Below are positions 36,883 through 50,400 of a DNA stretch of 64,000 bases, in pieces. Position numbers and translations under genes: made by a program. The stretch's first letter is position 1. Each line of letters opens with the position of its first letter. The notes under the pieces were generated by a model, which did no database searches, was not told the DNA's origin, and saw nothing but the letters and a program-made list of their open reading frames with translations. The stretch is taken from contig JAUZTB010000042.1 of NCBI GenBank assembly GCA_034780895.1, positions 17,625,390 through 17,689,389 on the forward strand, written 5' to 3'. The stretch comes from Rhynchobatus australiae (lineage: Eukaryota).

Positions 36883-39800
36883 TCGGAATGACTGCAGCGC
36901 CGTGTTTTACGGCAACTGCGCCACTAAAGAAATTGTTCTAGACAAAGCGTATTGAATAGAACGGTTCATTTGTCAAAGTTGCCCTCAACAATGAGCGCGA
37001 CCTCGGTTATAACGAATTCTGAATTTAAACCAGCCTTTGTTTGAGCGCCTCCGGTTCCACTGGATGTTTCTTGGTATGAGTAGAACAGCTCGAGTCACAA
37101 AAAGAGGAGTTAGATACCGCGAATGTCGAATTCTGCCCTACTCCTTAACGCCCAATAAATATTTCCCGATAAGTGAGGAATGTCATTATTTATTTTGTGA
37201 AGTACACTCAAAGCGGAATTGTCTTATCATACTATTATGGTCATACTTTCCAATAATGACCTTCCCCTTTTAAAAATACCAGGGATTACAGGATTAAAAC
37301 TCCCCAGTTGGAATGGGCTAAACAGCCATCTCAGGATTATTGCCCTGGAACACTATTCCATCGCACCTGTTCCTTCAGCATCTTCCCTGTCACTATGAAG
37401 ACACAGAACGCGGAATGTGATGCTTTGGAGAGCTGCCGGCTTTTCACTATTGTTTCAACGTAACAAACCGCGGAAGGAAAATAAACAGCCTTAGTTCGTG
37501 CTTTGATCCAAACAAGAAATCCTTCTGAATGTGCGGCTCATCCTCGCCATTTCAAAACCATCCTCTTGTTCCTTAACTCCTTTCGACACAAATTAAATCC
37601 CAACATTAGTTTACGGCAGAGATAAGACTAAACTGAGAACCATGCCGATTCTTGTACACTAAATACACAAAGTTACTTATTACTTGTTTATCTGATGAAT
37701 TCATTGTATCAGCAACTTAGTTTAAACCTGCCGAGAATCAATAATTGCAGCATTTGTATTATTTGGGAATCATTCATTTGGCAGAAGTGAAACGCAGCCT
37801 TTTGCAAAGCTCGTCGCAGGACATAGATTTGAAATGTATTTAGATTAGAGATCCAACAGATATCGCTTCTTCAAAATGTAATTGAAGGAATTAAAACAAA
37901 TGTGATAAAGAAATTCCACTGGCGTTGTCTCTTTTTAATTGAAACGTTACATACTGCCGAATTATTGAACAATAGATAAAGGCCGTCGTTCACGGGCCAG
38001 TTAATAACTTTGCATAACCTGCACAAAATGGAAGAGTCGGGAACATTGAAAGGTAAATTGGAATAATGTTACATTTAGTGAGATTAATATAAATTAATTG
38101 ATTCACCAAGGGATATGTTTGTTTCTCGGTGCAGGGCAAATGTATGTTTTTTTTTAACTTAATGCAGGAAGATCAATCTTTTGCAAAAGATCCAATAACA
38201 GTATTGGGACAGGTCTTCAGAGAATGTATTTGTTTATTTCGCGATGGCGTGCGGCTTGCATGTACATGTGAAGACCTGACTTGTTTGGAGTTTTAGAATG
38301 CCCCCGAATGTTGCACATGTACATAAACACAGTTTGATATGTGGCTACTCTTGTAAGGTAGAAAACAACGTGACAATTAGTTAAGGGTCTGAAATGACCC
38401 ATTTATGGTCATCTCAAATGGTCAAGGAGCGAGGCACCGGTGAAACTTGGTGCATTTGTTTTTAAGTACATACCAATATCAAAATGTATTACGACATTAT
38501 TATATCCACATAGATGTGAACTAAAATTATGTTTGAATATTGCAGCTGTAGATGTGTGTGCTTATACATGCAGGCACAGGTATAACGTGCATGCCTGTGT
38601 ATTTACAAAATGTTTCTGCTTATACTTGTGTGTTGAATGTGTGAGAGTACCTGCACAATATATTACAGAATAACATGATAATACACTTAACAATTGGCTA
38701 TTGTCAGAGATTCATTTGAAAAAAATAATAAACTCAACGTCTGTGTGCTCGAATAAACACCGTTCACATAACCACGAAAGTAATTAGAGAACTCACTCTT
38801 CTCCGAGGGGCTTAAATTTGTCGCAAAGTTGTTCAAGCGACTCAGAATCGATCAGTCAAAAAAAGGAACGACATTGTGGCAAAAACAGGTAAATCTGAGT
38901 TTGTTCCGCGTTGGCGTTCACCTTGTTAGACAGTGTGCCACAATTCTATCAATAGATTAGAAGTTCCATTCTCCCGTCCCGGGGTAATTTAAAAGCATCA
39001 GATAAAGATTTCAACCAACGATATCAAACTATTGAATCAAAAAAAAGCTGAACCAGACGGGGTGCAAACTCGGCTCCGGGGTCTGGACGAGGGAGATAAC
39101 TGGAATATCTGGGTAATGTTGGAAATGTGGTTGTGTGGAGGACAGTGTGCATGGCGAAGTGATGGCCTGGGGATTCGTAATGTTGAAGGGTTGTTATTTA
39201 ATTCTCTTTATCTGCTTCATTTGCCCATTCTTTTCTGTTTTGTGTCCTTATTGGAGAAGAAAGTGGCCAATGTTAACATAGCACCAACAGCAAAGTACAC
39301 CGAAACTTGAAACCTTACCCCTTTTGCAAATCGTGATAAAATGTATCAATATTACCTCTCCCTCCCTACAAGATGGTTAATTAAATTTTAGCACTAATAG
39401 GACATCTGTTTTATCGCGAATTGCTTGAATTTCCATGTGAGATCGGGGGCAGTCCCGCTTTAAGGCGCTAACCTGTCACTGGGCTGCGCGCAGGGCGGCG
39501 GGAAGCGGCAGTGCGCAGGCGCGGCTCCCTGGCTCAGGTAGCAGCGCTGAGCCGCGTTTAGTTGGAGTCGGCGAGCGGCGCCCTGCGAATCGCCTCTGCT
39601 CGTCACACGGGAGGCGGAGGAGAGGACAGTGTCTCCTGCCACAAAGATCGAACTGTAACGACTCGAACTTCTACTGATCCGAAGGGGGGAGAGAGAGAGA
39701 GGAATCGCGCCAGTTAGATCAGGAGGCGATTGAAATACAAACAAAAAGTTTGCTGCAAACTCCTCCGAGACTTGGCAGAAGTTCCCATCCTCAGCCCCCC

Positions 39801-40741
39801 GGTGCACCTCGGAGCTAAAGCCGGAGCCGGCTGCCAGTGACCGTCAACGGAAGGCACTTCCTTCAGCGTTGGATGCGTTACTTTGTCGAACTGAGGGGTG
39901 CGTGTGTGAACCGAGCAGGGGAGCCGAGTGATCGCAGCTCGGTGCTTTGGAAGTAGGGATTGGATAGGGTTGTTGCAGCTGCAAAGGGGGCTGCCTGAGA
40001 CAAAGCGGGATCGGCGAGAGAAGGTTACTTTGTGGGCGCCGGGTGAGCTTTTCCAAGTGGGTTCACGCGTTCCACATCTTTCTCCTCCAGTTCATGTGAC
40101 AGCCCACCGTGAAATGGCTGCGCCGCGGTGCCACCGAGCCAGGCTCTGACAGGCGAGTGTGACAGGCTGAAACCCCCCCGCACTGCGCCGAAGTGATGAA
40201 GTGACACTCGACTTGAAAAGAAACTAGCGCTGCTCCTCAGACATCGTGCGAGGCCGAAAGGAAGGTACAGTATTCCTGAAACTTAAAATACAAGATTCAA
40301 AGCTCGAAAAGCCAAAACGCTAACCTGTAATAAGGCAGGAGTGGGATAAAGGGGCTTCAGGACGGAAAGTATCAGATTTGGAGGGAAAAAAAATAGCCCA
40401 CTGTAGGAAGGGACAGAGATTGGGCGAATGCGTGCGAGGGGGAAGTGAGGACAAGAGCTGTTGGAAGTGGTGGCAGAGGAGCGCGGATTTCGATGCGCTG
40501 GTGTTGCTCTGGAGTTATGGCTCTAAACCTGAAAGAGTTTCAATAACAGGTGCAACATGCTCACACAAGCCAGCTCCAGCCCTCTTACTGTCTCGGAATC
40601 CTGAGAACCAACTGCTCCGTGCTGACTCCGTGGGCATCTTCATCCTAAGAGTTTTATTGCCAACCAATTCACTGCTTTTCAAGAAAAGAATTCTGATTGG
40701 CTTCAAGAGCCTGGAAATTTCCCAGTAACTCAGAGCCGAAA

Positions 40742-40747
40742 ATGCAG
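40742..40747 (+). CDS. Putative two-codon coding end of exon 1 (ATG CAG | GTGAGT) of a WNT5-family gene
   Basis: Consensus donor CAG|GTGAGT; ATG has A at -3 and an in-frame stop upstream; follows a CpG island; ERC-WNT5 tandem synteny; WNT5A-type exon 1 encodes only two codons. No downstream exon seen. Confidence 0.5.
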
Positions 40748-43029
40748 GTGAGTGTGCCGGTCCCCTCCGGTCTGTTGCTTTTAATGAAGATTCAAACACG
40801 AATGAATGAACATTGGTATGTTATTCCTACCAGTTGTTTGCACTTGACAAGAGAATGTTACAGGATGGATGCAGTATTGTTCTCCGGCTACACTGGTGTT
40901 TATTTTTACTACGCTGGGAGATGTGTGTTTGCAGAGTTGAAACAGAGCATTGATAAGATGTCTTTCTCCCTCAACCCAACCACTTTAACTGTCGCTTCAC
41001 TCCATTTAATTCTATAACTTCCCCAAAGAACGCCATTTTACGTTTTTTTTCTCTAATTATTTCTATGGTCGTTTTGTGTCTGTGCTCACTACTTCAGAGA
41101 TTATTGGGGAAGTGCTTCATCCGAACTGTAGAGTCAGCTGAGGCGGAACGGGAGCCCCGAGAAAGCAGTCGTCAGTTTTAGTGAAATGCAGTTGCACTGC
41201 AGCCGCGCCGTTTAAAACTTTCCTTATCCAATCCACAATACATGGCTTTTGCCTTTTATAAAGCAGTTCTCTTCTTGTTAGAATCCATACATTCGTTCAG
41301 ATATTTCATGTAATTTTTAAACGTTTGGCCCATCCGCGAATAAACTTCTACAAGTACTGCTTGTTAGCTTTTACCTAGTTTGAACTTCGCTGCAAAGTAC
41401 ATAGTTTGGCAGTTCCCTTTACCAAAGTGTCTGCCGATAAAGCCCAGTTCTCATTTGGAAGGAATTTGGATCCACGAAGACGTCCTTCACTGCCTGCCCC
41501 CAAAATCTACGGTTGTTGAAAGACCAAATATTGAGAGGGAAAATGTTTAAATGGAAGAAGCCAGTTTCTTCTCGGAAACTGATTTGACACACATGTGCCT
41601 TCCAGCTGTAATGTCGCAGCCGTTGGTTGGCTGCGAGGGGCGAGGCAGCCTGTGCTTGTGTTGGCTGGATGGTCCGAGAACATTAAAATACGGCACATTT
41701 AGATTAAAAAGCTGGAACACTGGACTGACGGACGTTCTCTGCCGGCTTCAATGACCGGGATACGATTCCATGAAATTGATCCCCGCGTGTGTGTGTGTCG
41801 GGGAGGCCCAGGGTGGGTTTAATGANNNNNNNNNNCCCCTATCTCAGATGTAGCGGCTGTTTCCTTGTTTGGGGGAGGGTAGAAAGGGGAATCGCCCTGC
41901 AATGTGCCGGGACCAGGCCGTGGCTCCAGCACATTTTCCGGCTGACTAAAGTGCTCTGTGAAGAAATTTAAACAAAAACATACCGAGCCCTGGAAATAGC
42001 GCTCACAAAATGTCGCAGAGCGCGGAGAAGGGCCACTCCTGACAGTTTGGGAAAGATGGATCTCAAAAACTTTCCATGGAGCCTTTGTAATGAAACACGT
42101 TAAACCGGTGCTGAGTGTGTGCGAGGGTAAAGCGGTGGCGATCAGATTTACACGGTGTATTTACCAAATAATCAGAGAACGCCGAATAACTTCGATTCTG
42201 GTTGAAGTAATGTTTTAATGCAATTCAATATTCTTTCAACCATTAAAGTGAACGTCATAAATCACTTTAATTTCTTTTTAAAGGCGGCAGAAGGCATTTC
42301 CCGACGTGTGGTTCCACACTAACCCAAGATAGGTGAAGCGTGGAGGTACTTTAAATGCTTCAGATGAAGTCAATAAAGGGGATGATGTTGCCTGGTATTG
42401 TTGATTAAAACCAGATCTGCGTTAAGCCAGATAGGGGCCCAGATCCAAACTCGACCCCTTCCATTTCTCTCGCGAAGAAAGGGCTTCCCTTCCCCGGTGC
42501 ACCGCTTTGCCTGCTCAATGCGCCGCTCTGTTACAGCCCGGGAGCGCGGTGAGCATAAATTAGGGAACTTCTGAAAGGGGCAGAAGGAGAAATTGGTGGT
42601 GCCGGAGTGTTTGCACAATTTATCTCCCACACGGTTCCCACTCACTAATCATCACTATAATTAAAAACATATGGAAAACTAATCTTATTGAATCTAATTA
42701 TTCTGATTTGCGCCCAATTGAATGTTTTATCTGCCAAAGAGATCACAGGCTATCTCCAGTGACTTTTAGAGATGGTTAAATTTGCCTCATCTGTTGGCAA
42801 TTTTCATGTACCGTATCGTGCCTATCTTGGAACTATTATCGACGATTTAACAACATATTTTGTCAGCAGACAAAATTTAAAATGGGTAAAGTGGTCGATG
42901 CAATTGCAAAACAAGTCGTTCGACATCAGACACTTTCTATGGAGTAAAAGTGAATTAGCAGTCCTTAATCGGAGAACTTTGAGTTAGAACATTTCCGGAG
43001 AACTATTGGCCAGTCAGATTCACATCAGT

Positions 43030-44340
43030 GATAAAATAATGAGTCTCCATTAAAGGAGAATATAGAAACTATCTAGCAATCAAACATGTGAGAATAAATA
43101 GTCATAGCATGGATCTCAAAGGGGGAGTCTTGTTTGACCAACGGAGATTACAAAATGAATAGATACGGGTGATATGAGAGATGCAATTTACCCAGATTTC
43201 GATAAGGCCTTCGGTAAGGTTCCATGTCAGACACCAATGAATAACACGAGATCAAGATGACTGTTCCAAATGACTGAAAGTGGAAAGTGATGTCTGTAAG
43301 GAATCAATGCTAAGGCCACTGTTTGTGATTTACATTAATACATTGGACTTTAGATTCAAGGTCGCATTTTTAAAAATTGTGCCGAAGTGAAAAGGTAAAA
43401 GGTCTTCAAAAAGCTACAGCAGTGAACTTGGCTCTAATAATTGGAATATAGTTTTTGGAGAAAAGTCACATTTGGAAAGTACGAATGAAAATGGAAACGA
43501 GAAAAGGATCTCAGGGTGCAATTACACAAAACCACTACAGCGTGTCAATGCAGGTTAAAAATGTCAATTCAAACCCAAACACACAACCTATGGTTCTGGA
43601 GGGTTAGAACTGAGGCAGAGAACTTGGAACAAAACTTGGTCGTCTATTCGTAAAACCGATGTAGAGACATCAGAGGTTGCAAACAAGATTTACAAGGATA
43701 GCACCATAAATTTAATGCAAAGTTAAATGCGTGGAATAAAACCAGAAAATACTGGCAACACTTAATGAGATCGGGCACCGTTTATGGAAAACAAAATGGA
43801 GGGAACGTTTCAGGTCGAACACCCTTCCTCAGAACGGGGAAAATCAGAAAATAAAGTCAAGTTTTAAAACGATGAAGCGTCTTCGACCCGCTAAGTTAAC
43901 TGTTTCACTTTCCACAGATACTGCCTGACCTGCTGGTTGTTTCCAGAATGTTCTGTTTTTTTATGTAAGATTTCCAGCATCTGCAGTTTTTGTTTTGATT
44001 TTTCGATTAAATGAGCTGGGGTTGGGGAGGTGGTGATCTAATACAGGTTTTCAGTCACAATGCTTTGACAGAGTCGATGACAATGTTTCCATTGAGTAAC
44101 ACCAGAAACCATTAATTGAGCAGCGGCCCCACAAATCAAACGGAATCCAGAAGAAATGTCTCCACTCAGATACTGGGGTTAGTGTGAACTTGCTGCTGTA
44201 GGAAGCGGCTGAACCAACAGTATTGATGCATTTGAGAAAAGTAGATAAGCAAATAAGGGACAAAAGAATAGAAGGTCCCGCTGTTGGAGTTGGATGGGGC
44301 GGGAGGTGGACCCGGAGGCGTAGAAATGTAGGGGCACGGT
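43030..44340 (+). mobile_element. Degraded CR1 interrupted by a palindromic repeat
   Basis: DFDKAFGKVP (GATTTCGATAAGGCCTTCGGTAAGGTTCC), KDLRVQ; 3' region resumes near 44000. Confidence 0.7.
43736..43996. repeat. Palindromic elasmobranch repeat (inverted arms)
   Basis: CAGAAAATACTGGCAACAC...TTTCAGGTCGAA versus TTCGACCC...TCCACAGATACTGCCTGACCTGCTG..TTCCAGAATGTTCTG. Confidence 0.75.
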
Positions 44341-46999
44341 CTTCAGACAATAGCCCGATTCAGTGCTCCATATCTTATGTCATTCTGTGAAAGTGGTAAG
44401 TGTGTAATTTGTGCTCAAAAAAGTCCTCTGCGTTATTTTATCAGATCCGAGGCGCTTTTGGATAATCATAGTGTGAGACGCAACAAAGCGTGGGATTGAG
44501 GAAGGGGAGGCTCTAGAAAACCAATCGCTCTCAAGTTCTTGATGCAGCACCAGGTCCCTGCATCCGCACAACTTGGAGTTCGGGTGAGCGGAGCTGAACT
44601 GCCAGTGGAACCTGTAGCGAAGGTTGCCCCTCGCTGGCAGAGCTCCGTTACTGCAGCCCCGGCCCGGCCCGGGTGGAAATTTGGGGAAAATGTTTTCCGC
44701 CCGTGTTTAAAACGTGGCGTGTTTAAAACGTGCGCTATTTAGTTCCCTGTTCTTCTAAAGCACAGTTTAGCTGACAAGCAATGAAGACGGATTCAGGAGT
44801 AAACCGGATCCATCGTTAATAACAGTTGCTTGGTCCACAGGTCAGATCCAAGGCATCACCCGTGTTCCACTGCACGAACCGCGTTTCCCAACTAACTCCC
44901 ATTCTTTCGATGGCGCTCAGATCCTACTCCAGTTATTTCAGTTCAATGCACCTTTGACTGTACGGTTCAGCTGCACATTTTCCATTGCTCCGTCCTGTGC
45001 AATGGGCAGAACATCACTTGTACTTTAAAGCCACGTTGCTCAAGGTTACTTGGAATGTGCCACCTGGTATGAAGTTCAGACACCGGAAATATCCACCGTT
45101 CGATTCCTTAATCAATTAACTGATTGCGTGGCCTTCCCCCATCCCGAGCTTGAAGAGGTGTAAGGTCAGGTACCTGCCCTTCATGACCATCCAGGAGCCT
45201 CTGTTTTATGGGCTGAATGTTGGGTGAGGACAGAATTGGCCTCAGCTGTGACCGCTACCAGTGTCCAGGGAGCCCTGCCAGCAGGTTGTCTAGATTCTCA
45301 CAGGGGGAAGGGCAGCCTGTCTATAAAGGATGCGCAACAGAATCCGTTGCAGTAGAAGAGAAGATATCAAGCAGTAAAATCTTTTCCTGAAGGCATGTGA
45401 ATAGAACTTTTCCTTCTGTTCCGTTTTATTATTGAGGCCCTAATAGAACATCTGAAATCCATGTGTAATTCCTCCATGACTGCCAAATTTATGAGGAAAC
45501 TAGTTTAATATCTATTGCCAGAATTGAGTGTTTATTAATAGATTAAGTTGACTGCATGCTTGCATTTATCTTTTGGCTATCTATTCTCTGAAGCTCTGAA
45601 TTCCTACCTCACCACCCCTGCAATGTTCTTCACCGTACATCCATGAGTGTACCCTAACCCTCCATAAAACACGGCATTACTACTTTTCAGGTCATGTTTG
45701 AAAATTTTTCTGCAATTTCCTGTGCAAAACTCATGTTTTCATCTTACTATTGGTCAGTGCTCTGCAGCAAAATACTTCATTGGTTTGCAGTNNNNNNNNN
45801 NNNNNNNNNNNNNNNNNNNNNNNNNNNNNNNNNNNNNNNNNNNNNNNNNNNNNNNNNNNNNNNNNNNNNNNNNNNNNNNNNNNNNNNNNNNTACTTCATT
45901 GGTTTGCAGTTCTTTGGGATGTCCTGCAGCCTTGGAAAGATGTATTAGAATGAACATTTCTATTTGCTTCCTCTTCCTCTAACCTCCTCATTTTCTTTTA
46001 CACTTTCCCTTCTTCGCTCTTTCCCTCTTTTTCCTTGGTATATATTCCTCTATGAATCACTTTGTGATACTTTATCATGTGTTAGTCACTTCATAAAAAT
46101 AATTTGTTATTAATAACTGGCTCCACTGGTAAAGCTCCAGTCACTAATATTTGAATATATATTCAATTGTAATGTGGCAGGGAACCTGATGTTTTGGTCA
46201 CTGTTAAAAAATAAGAATTATTTAAAAAAAACTAGAACTAGGAGATCCTGTTTCTGCTAAAGTTCATTTTGCAGGAATGAGTTAAGGAAAAATCTGTAGT
46301 AGATTTTCTTTTTCGTTTAATGTACTTTGAATGATATCACATCTGAATTACACCCCATGCTGTTTGCATTGATGCAGACCATTTGGTTTTACTGTCCTGT
46401 AAGTATATGAGTGAGAGGGGGTGTTTTGGGTTTTGTATGTTTTAATGACTATATGAACATGAATATTGATTGGGGACATGAGCATAGAATGGTGAGAAAC
46501 ATCTAGGTCAACCTCACAAGAAATTGCAATCATGAATAAAGCTGAACAAGGGCAGAATATTGCTAGTTAGCTGAGACTAATACTAGATAAAAATTCAATG
46601 AGCCCTTTTAAACAGCTATGGAAATATAAGAGAGATACTATAAATGAATATGTTCTGTGTTAATAGTGGCCATTTCTAATGACCTAATCCAAGTAATACC
46701 AATATTTTTATAATTTTAGGATTATTATTAAACACCTGACAAGTCAATACATCTGCACACATTGTGCCTTCCTGTTGCTTCTACATGAATTTCATTCCTA
46801 CATTATAAAGCTTAAACTAAGATTAATTATAATGATTTTACATTTAAATTTTCACATTAATTCATAATAGCTTCACCAAAATAGATTACTGCTCAGAATC
46901 AAATCACTATGCTGAAAGTAACTTTAAACAAAAATTATTTCTTCCACTGCTCTTTCCGTGATATTGTAAACTACTTCTATGCTATTCCAGATGAGTGAT

Positions 47000-47400
47000 A
47001 ACTATTCAATTGCGTCCCTAACCTGAGGCTTGTAGCTTGGGAGATTTGAGTGTCTTGGAAGTAAGACACTTGCCCAGCATTTCCATTCCCTGAATGTTGT
47101 CACTGAAATGCCTGGTGCAGTAAAGCATCTCATAAATGTTGACTCCAAGATATTAATGTTAGGAGACTCGGCAATGGCAGTGCCTTGAACTTTGGTGGGA
47201 TTGAGTATTTTATTGTTCTGACTGATCATTGAGTGCTATCTCCCATGTATGGATGTTATCCTGGTATACAGAAACAGGCTGTGATTTCTACCAATAATCA
47301 GAATAAGCAAAACTGGGCCAGGCCATGTGGATAGCTAGCTGGCAGGTCCATAGAGAACCGTGATGAGCTGCAGTGTAGAGCAGCACTCTGCAGTGCGCAG
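47000..47400 (-). mobile_element. CR1/L2-group LINE fragment
   Basis: GTAIAESPNINILE motif on the minus strand, same family as 24222-24395. Confidence 0.6.
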
Positions 47401-50400
47401 GTGTGGAAATCTGCAACAGGGAAGTATGGAACATGATGAGGTTNNNNNNNNNNNNNNNNNNNNNNNNNNNNNNNNNNNNNNNNNNNNNNNNNNNNNNNNN
47501 NNNNNNNNNNNNNNNNNNNNNNNNNNNNNNNNNNNNNNNNNNNAAATAATATCTGTGTGGGTAACATGATGAGGTTCACATACAGGTGCAGCTAACCTCC
47601 CGCTGTCTCTGGACTCGCTGTTGAATTCAGGGGTATTCCGTAATTACCTAGGCTAAGGGACTGATATAATTCTGCATTTGGCCCCTTTACACCAGGACAT
47701 TGCATTAAGCCCCTTCATTTGAACCTTCATTAAAATGTAACTGAAAGTAAGTTTTTTCACTTATATATGACTATTTAATTTGCATTTGTTAATTCTGATT
47801 AAGTACTTCTTTGTTATTCTGACAATGGGCTGTCAGAACGCCATCAGGGTGGACGCTCATACAGCACTTTGCTGAAGCCTTCACTCTGTCAGCTTCATGG
47901 AATGGCCCTGGCTACACAGTCTCGTGCTTGGTGGGAGCCAGGCAGCCACAAACGTTTATTATGGATGTGGGGCTAGAGTGGGAGGTGTGGCCCGTCATCT
48001 GTTCCATGTCACATACTGCTGACAGGGCTGTATATCATCATTCCTTCATCATCTCTGGTTGAATTCTAGGTAAGGTCACCATAACCAGGAGAACGACAGT
48101 GTTTCATAGCTTATTCCAACATTCCCACATTCTGAGCACAAACTGAAGTGATGGTTTTAAACAAAATATGCATCTTTAGATAACATTGACACTTAATAGC
48201 TTGATTAATTTTATTTCTTCTGCCTTTGGTATTTTCAATGTTAGTCTTTCTTGGTTACNNNNNNNNNNNNNNNNNNNNNNNNNNNNNNNNNNNNNNNNNN
48301 NNNNNNNNNNNNNNNNNNNNNNNNNNNNNNNNNNNNNNNNNNNNNNNNNNNNNNNNNNNNNNNNNNNNNNNNNNNNNNNNNNNNNNNNNNNNNNNNNNNN
48401 NNNNNNNNNNNNNNNNNNNNNNNNNNNNNNNNNNNNNNNNNNNNNNNNNNNNNNNNNNNNNNNNNNNNNNNNNNNNNNNNNNNNNNNNNNNNNNNNNNNN
48501 NNNNNNNNNNNNNNNNNNNNNNNNNNNNNNNNNNCTAGTGATAACTGTCCTTACCATTATTTGCATCTTCTTCTGAGGGGGCACCCAGTCTCCATTAGCA
48601 AGAATTATTGTGGGACTACCCTCTCCTTGGTTTCTATTTCTTGCACTTGAAATTAGTTTTTAAAAATATCATATTTACTCCAGGGACTCCCTGGGTTGCA
48701 AATGACCTCGTGTAAATCCAACTTTGTGTGAATTCTCCCTGACATTTTTAAAGAATTTGCAAGTTAGCAGTAATAATAAAATGTTTCATGTTTGACTGAA
48801 TACAGTATATATTCCATTAGTATAATTATGGATAGTGTTAGGGTGATTATTCAATGAAATGAAAGAATTATAGCAAGTGTATGTAGAACGCTACAATATG
48901 GGTTACCACAGAAAATGGACATTTCTGACTTGTGGAGAAATTGGCTTATGGACACTTCTGAAGAATGGACCCATACATAACCTGGGGACTGCCTCTACTT
49001 CCCAAAACTGCTCTGTATGTAAATAGTAAAAGTAGGGCAATCAGGGTTGATTGCTGAACATAGTGCTGGCCTGTTTGTGGTAGCAGAGTGTGTGGTTGAG
49101 ATACTAAGTGAGTATTTTGCACTTTATCCTGGGAAGAAGGTAATGCCCCAGTCACTGTAAAAATAAAAGATAAGGTTGGGATAAAAATTGATCGTGGAAA
49201 GGTACTAGGAAGGCTGGCTCTACTTTTGTTTTCAAAAAGTCATCAGGTTTGGATGGGATCAGCCCAGATTGCACCCACCTTAAACACTTCTCCTCTCCAT
49301 CACCATCGTACCATGGCTGCAGAGTTTACTGTCAAGATGCTTCTCTTGTTCACTTGGAGTTCACTGCCACTCTTCTTCAGCAGCACCTCCCGAACAGTGA
49401 AGGGCATGGGAACACCTGCAAATCCCCTTTCAGGTCACTCTTTATCTAACGGTGATCTCCTAATATATAACCATCACTGCCTTCTCAGGGGTATTTAGAG
49501 AAAGGGAATAAATGCTGGTTTTCAGAGAGGAAAGAAGTCTTGAGAGATTTAAGGATAGCTTCATGCATATAGTGAATAATGATGAAGGTTTCATGTGAGT
49601 GCTTCTGAAAAATGTTTATGTATATTCATGTTTCCATAGTTTTGAACAATTTTTAGATGAAGGTCAGAGAGATGGGGAGGTGAATTCCCCGAACAATGAT
49701 GGTTTTTTGTATGAAACCTCCTTAAATATATTTTGGTAATGAAGGATAAGTAATGAGCCAGTTAGTGGGGTGTTTCATTAATTGAAAGGGTAAACATAAC
49801 AAATTTAAAATCTCAGTTTTAATTGTAATTTGCACTTTGAGCCATGGACTGAAATTTAAATTTGGAAGGTTTTGTGCATCTGTAATGCGGTGGGATGTGT
49901 GCATGCATTCATGACCTTACCTTGTAGCTATTTCCTTGGGTGATTATTGCCTGGCCTGTGCCCCAGCTTGTCCCCTTCCACGCACCCCTAATAATTTAGA
50001 TGGAACATTATGATACAAAAAATGTCTGAGCAAATTGTTTACTGATTAGATGCTCAGTGATTAATGCAAATTGTTTAATGGTTAAATGGCTCGTTGACCC
50101 AGAATTTCCTACTGCTAACTCTGGGCTAACGTTTAGAGGACACCACCCCACCCCCCCCCCAAAGTCTATTAGGCTGTCAATTGACCAATTGGCTGCCCTT
50201 GATGGTAAGCTCCTCTCTGGTAGCAAGGCTGTGTGCGTGTAATTGCTGTTGCATGGAGCATGAGGGAGGAGCAAAACTGCCCTGCCCATGAAGCAGCTGA
50301 AAAAAAAGTTTAGAAAGCCACAGCCTGACCTATCCCACGGTTAAACCTTGTCATTTCTGAATATCTCTAATAATTCAAAATATCCTAAAACTATTTTAAC

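Larger units (their letters stand above)
34800..45300. promoter_or_regulatory. Broad CpG-retaining domain with GC-rich core at about 39440-40500
   Basis: CpG dinucleotides rise sharply versus CpG-depleted flanks; GC-box-like GGGCGGCGGG and GGAGGCGGAG in the core. Confidence 0.8.

Noticed and set aside
39460-41017. ORFs of 60-116 aa in the CpG island
   Set aside because: Expected from high GC content; mostly non-ATG starts; no domain similarity.
44702-44733. Short tandem duplications (also about 6328-6349, 25470-25495, 60990-61018)
   Set aside because: Ordinary slippage duplications with no sign of function.
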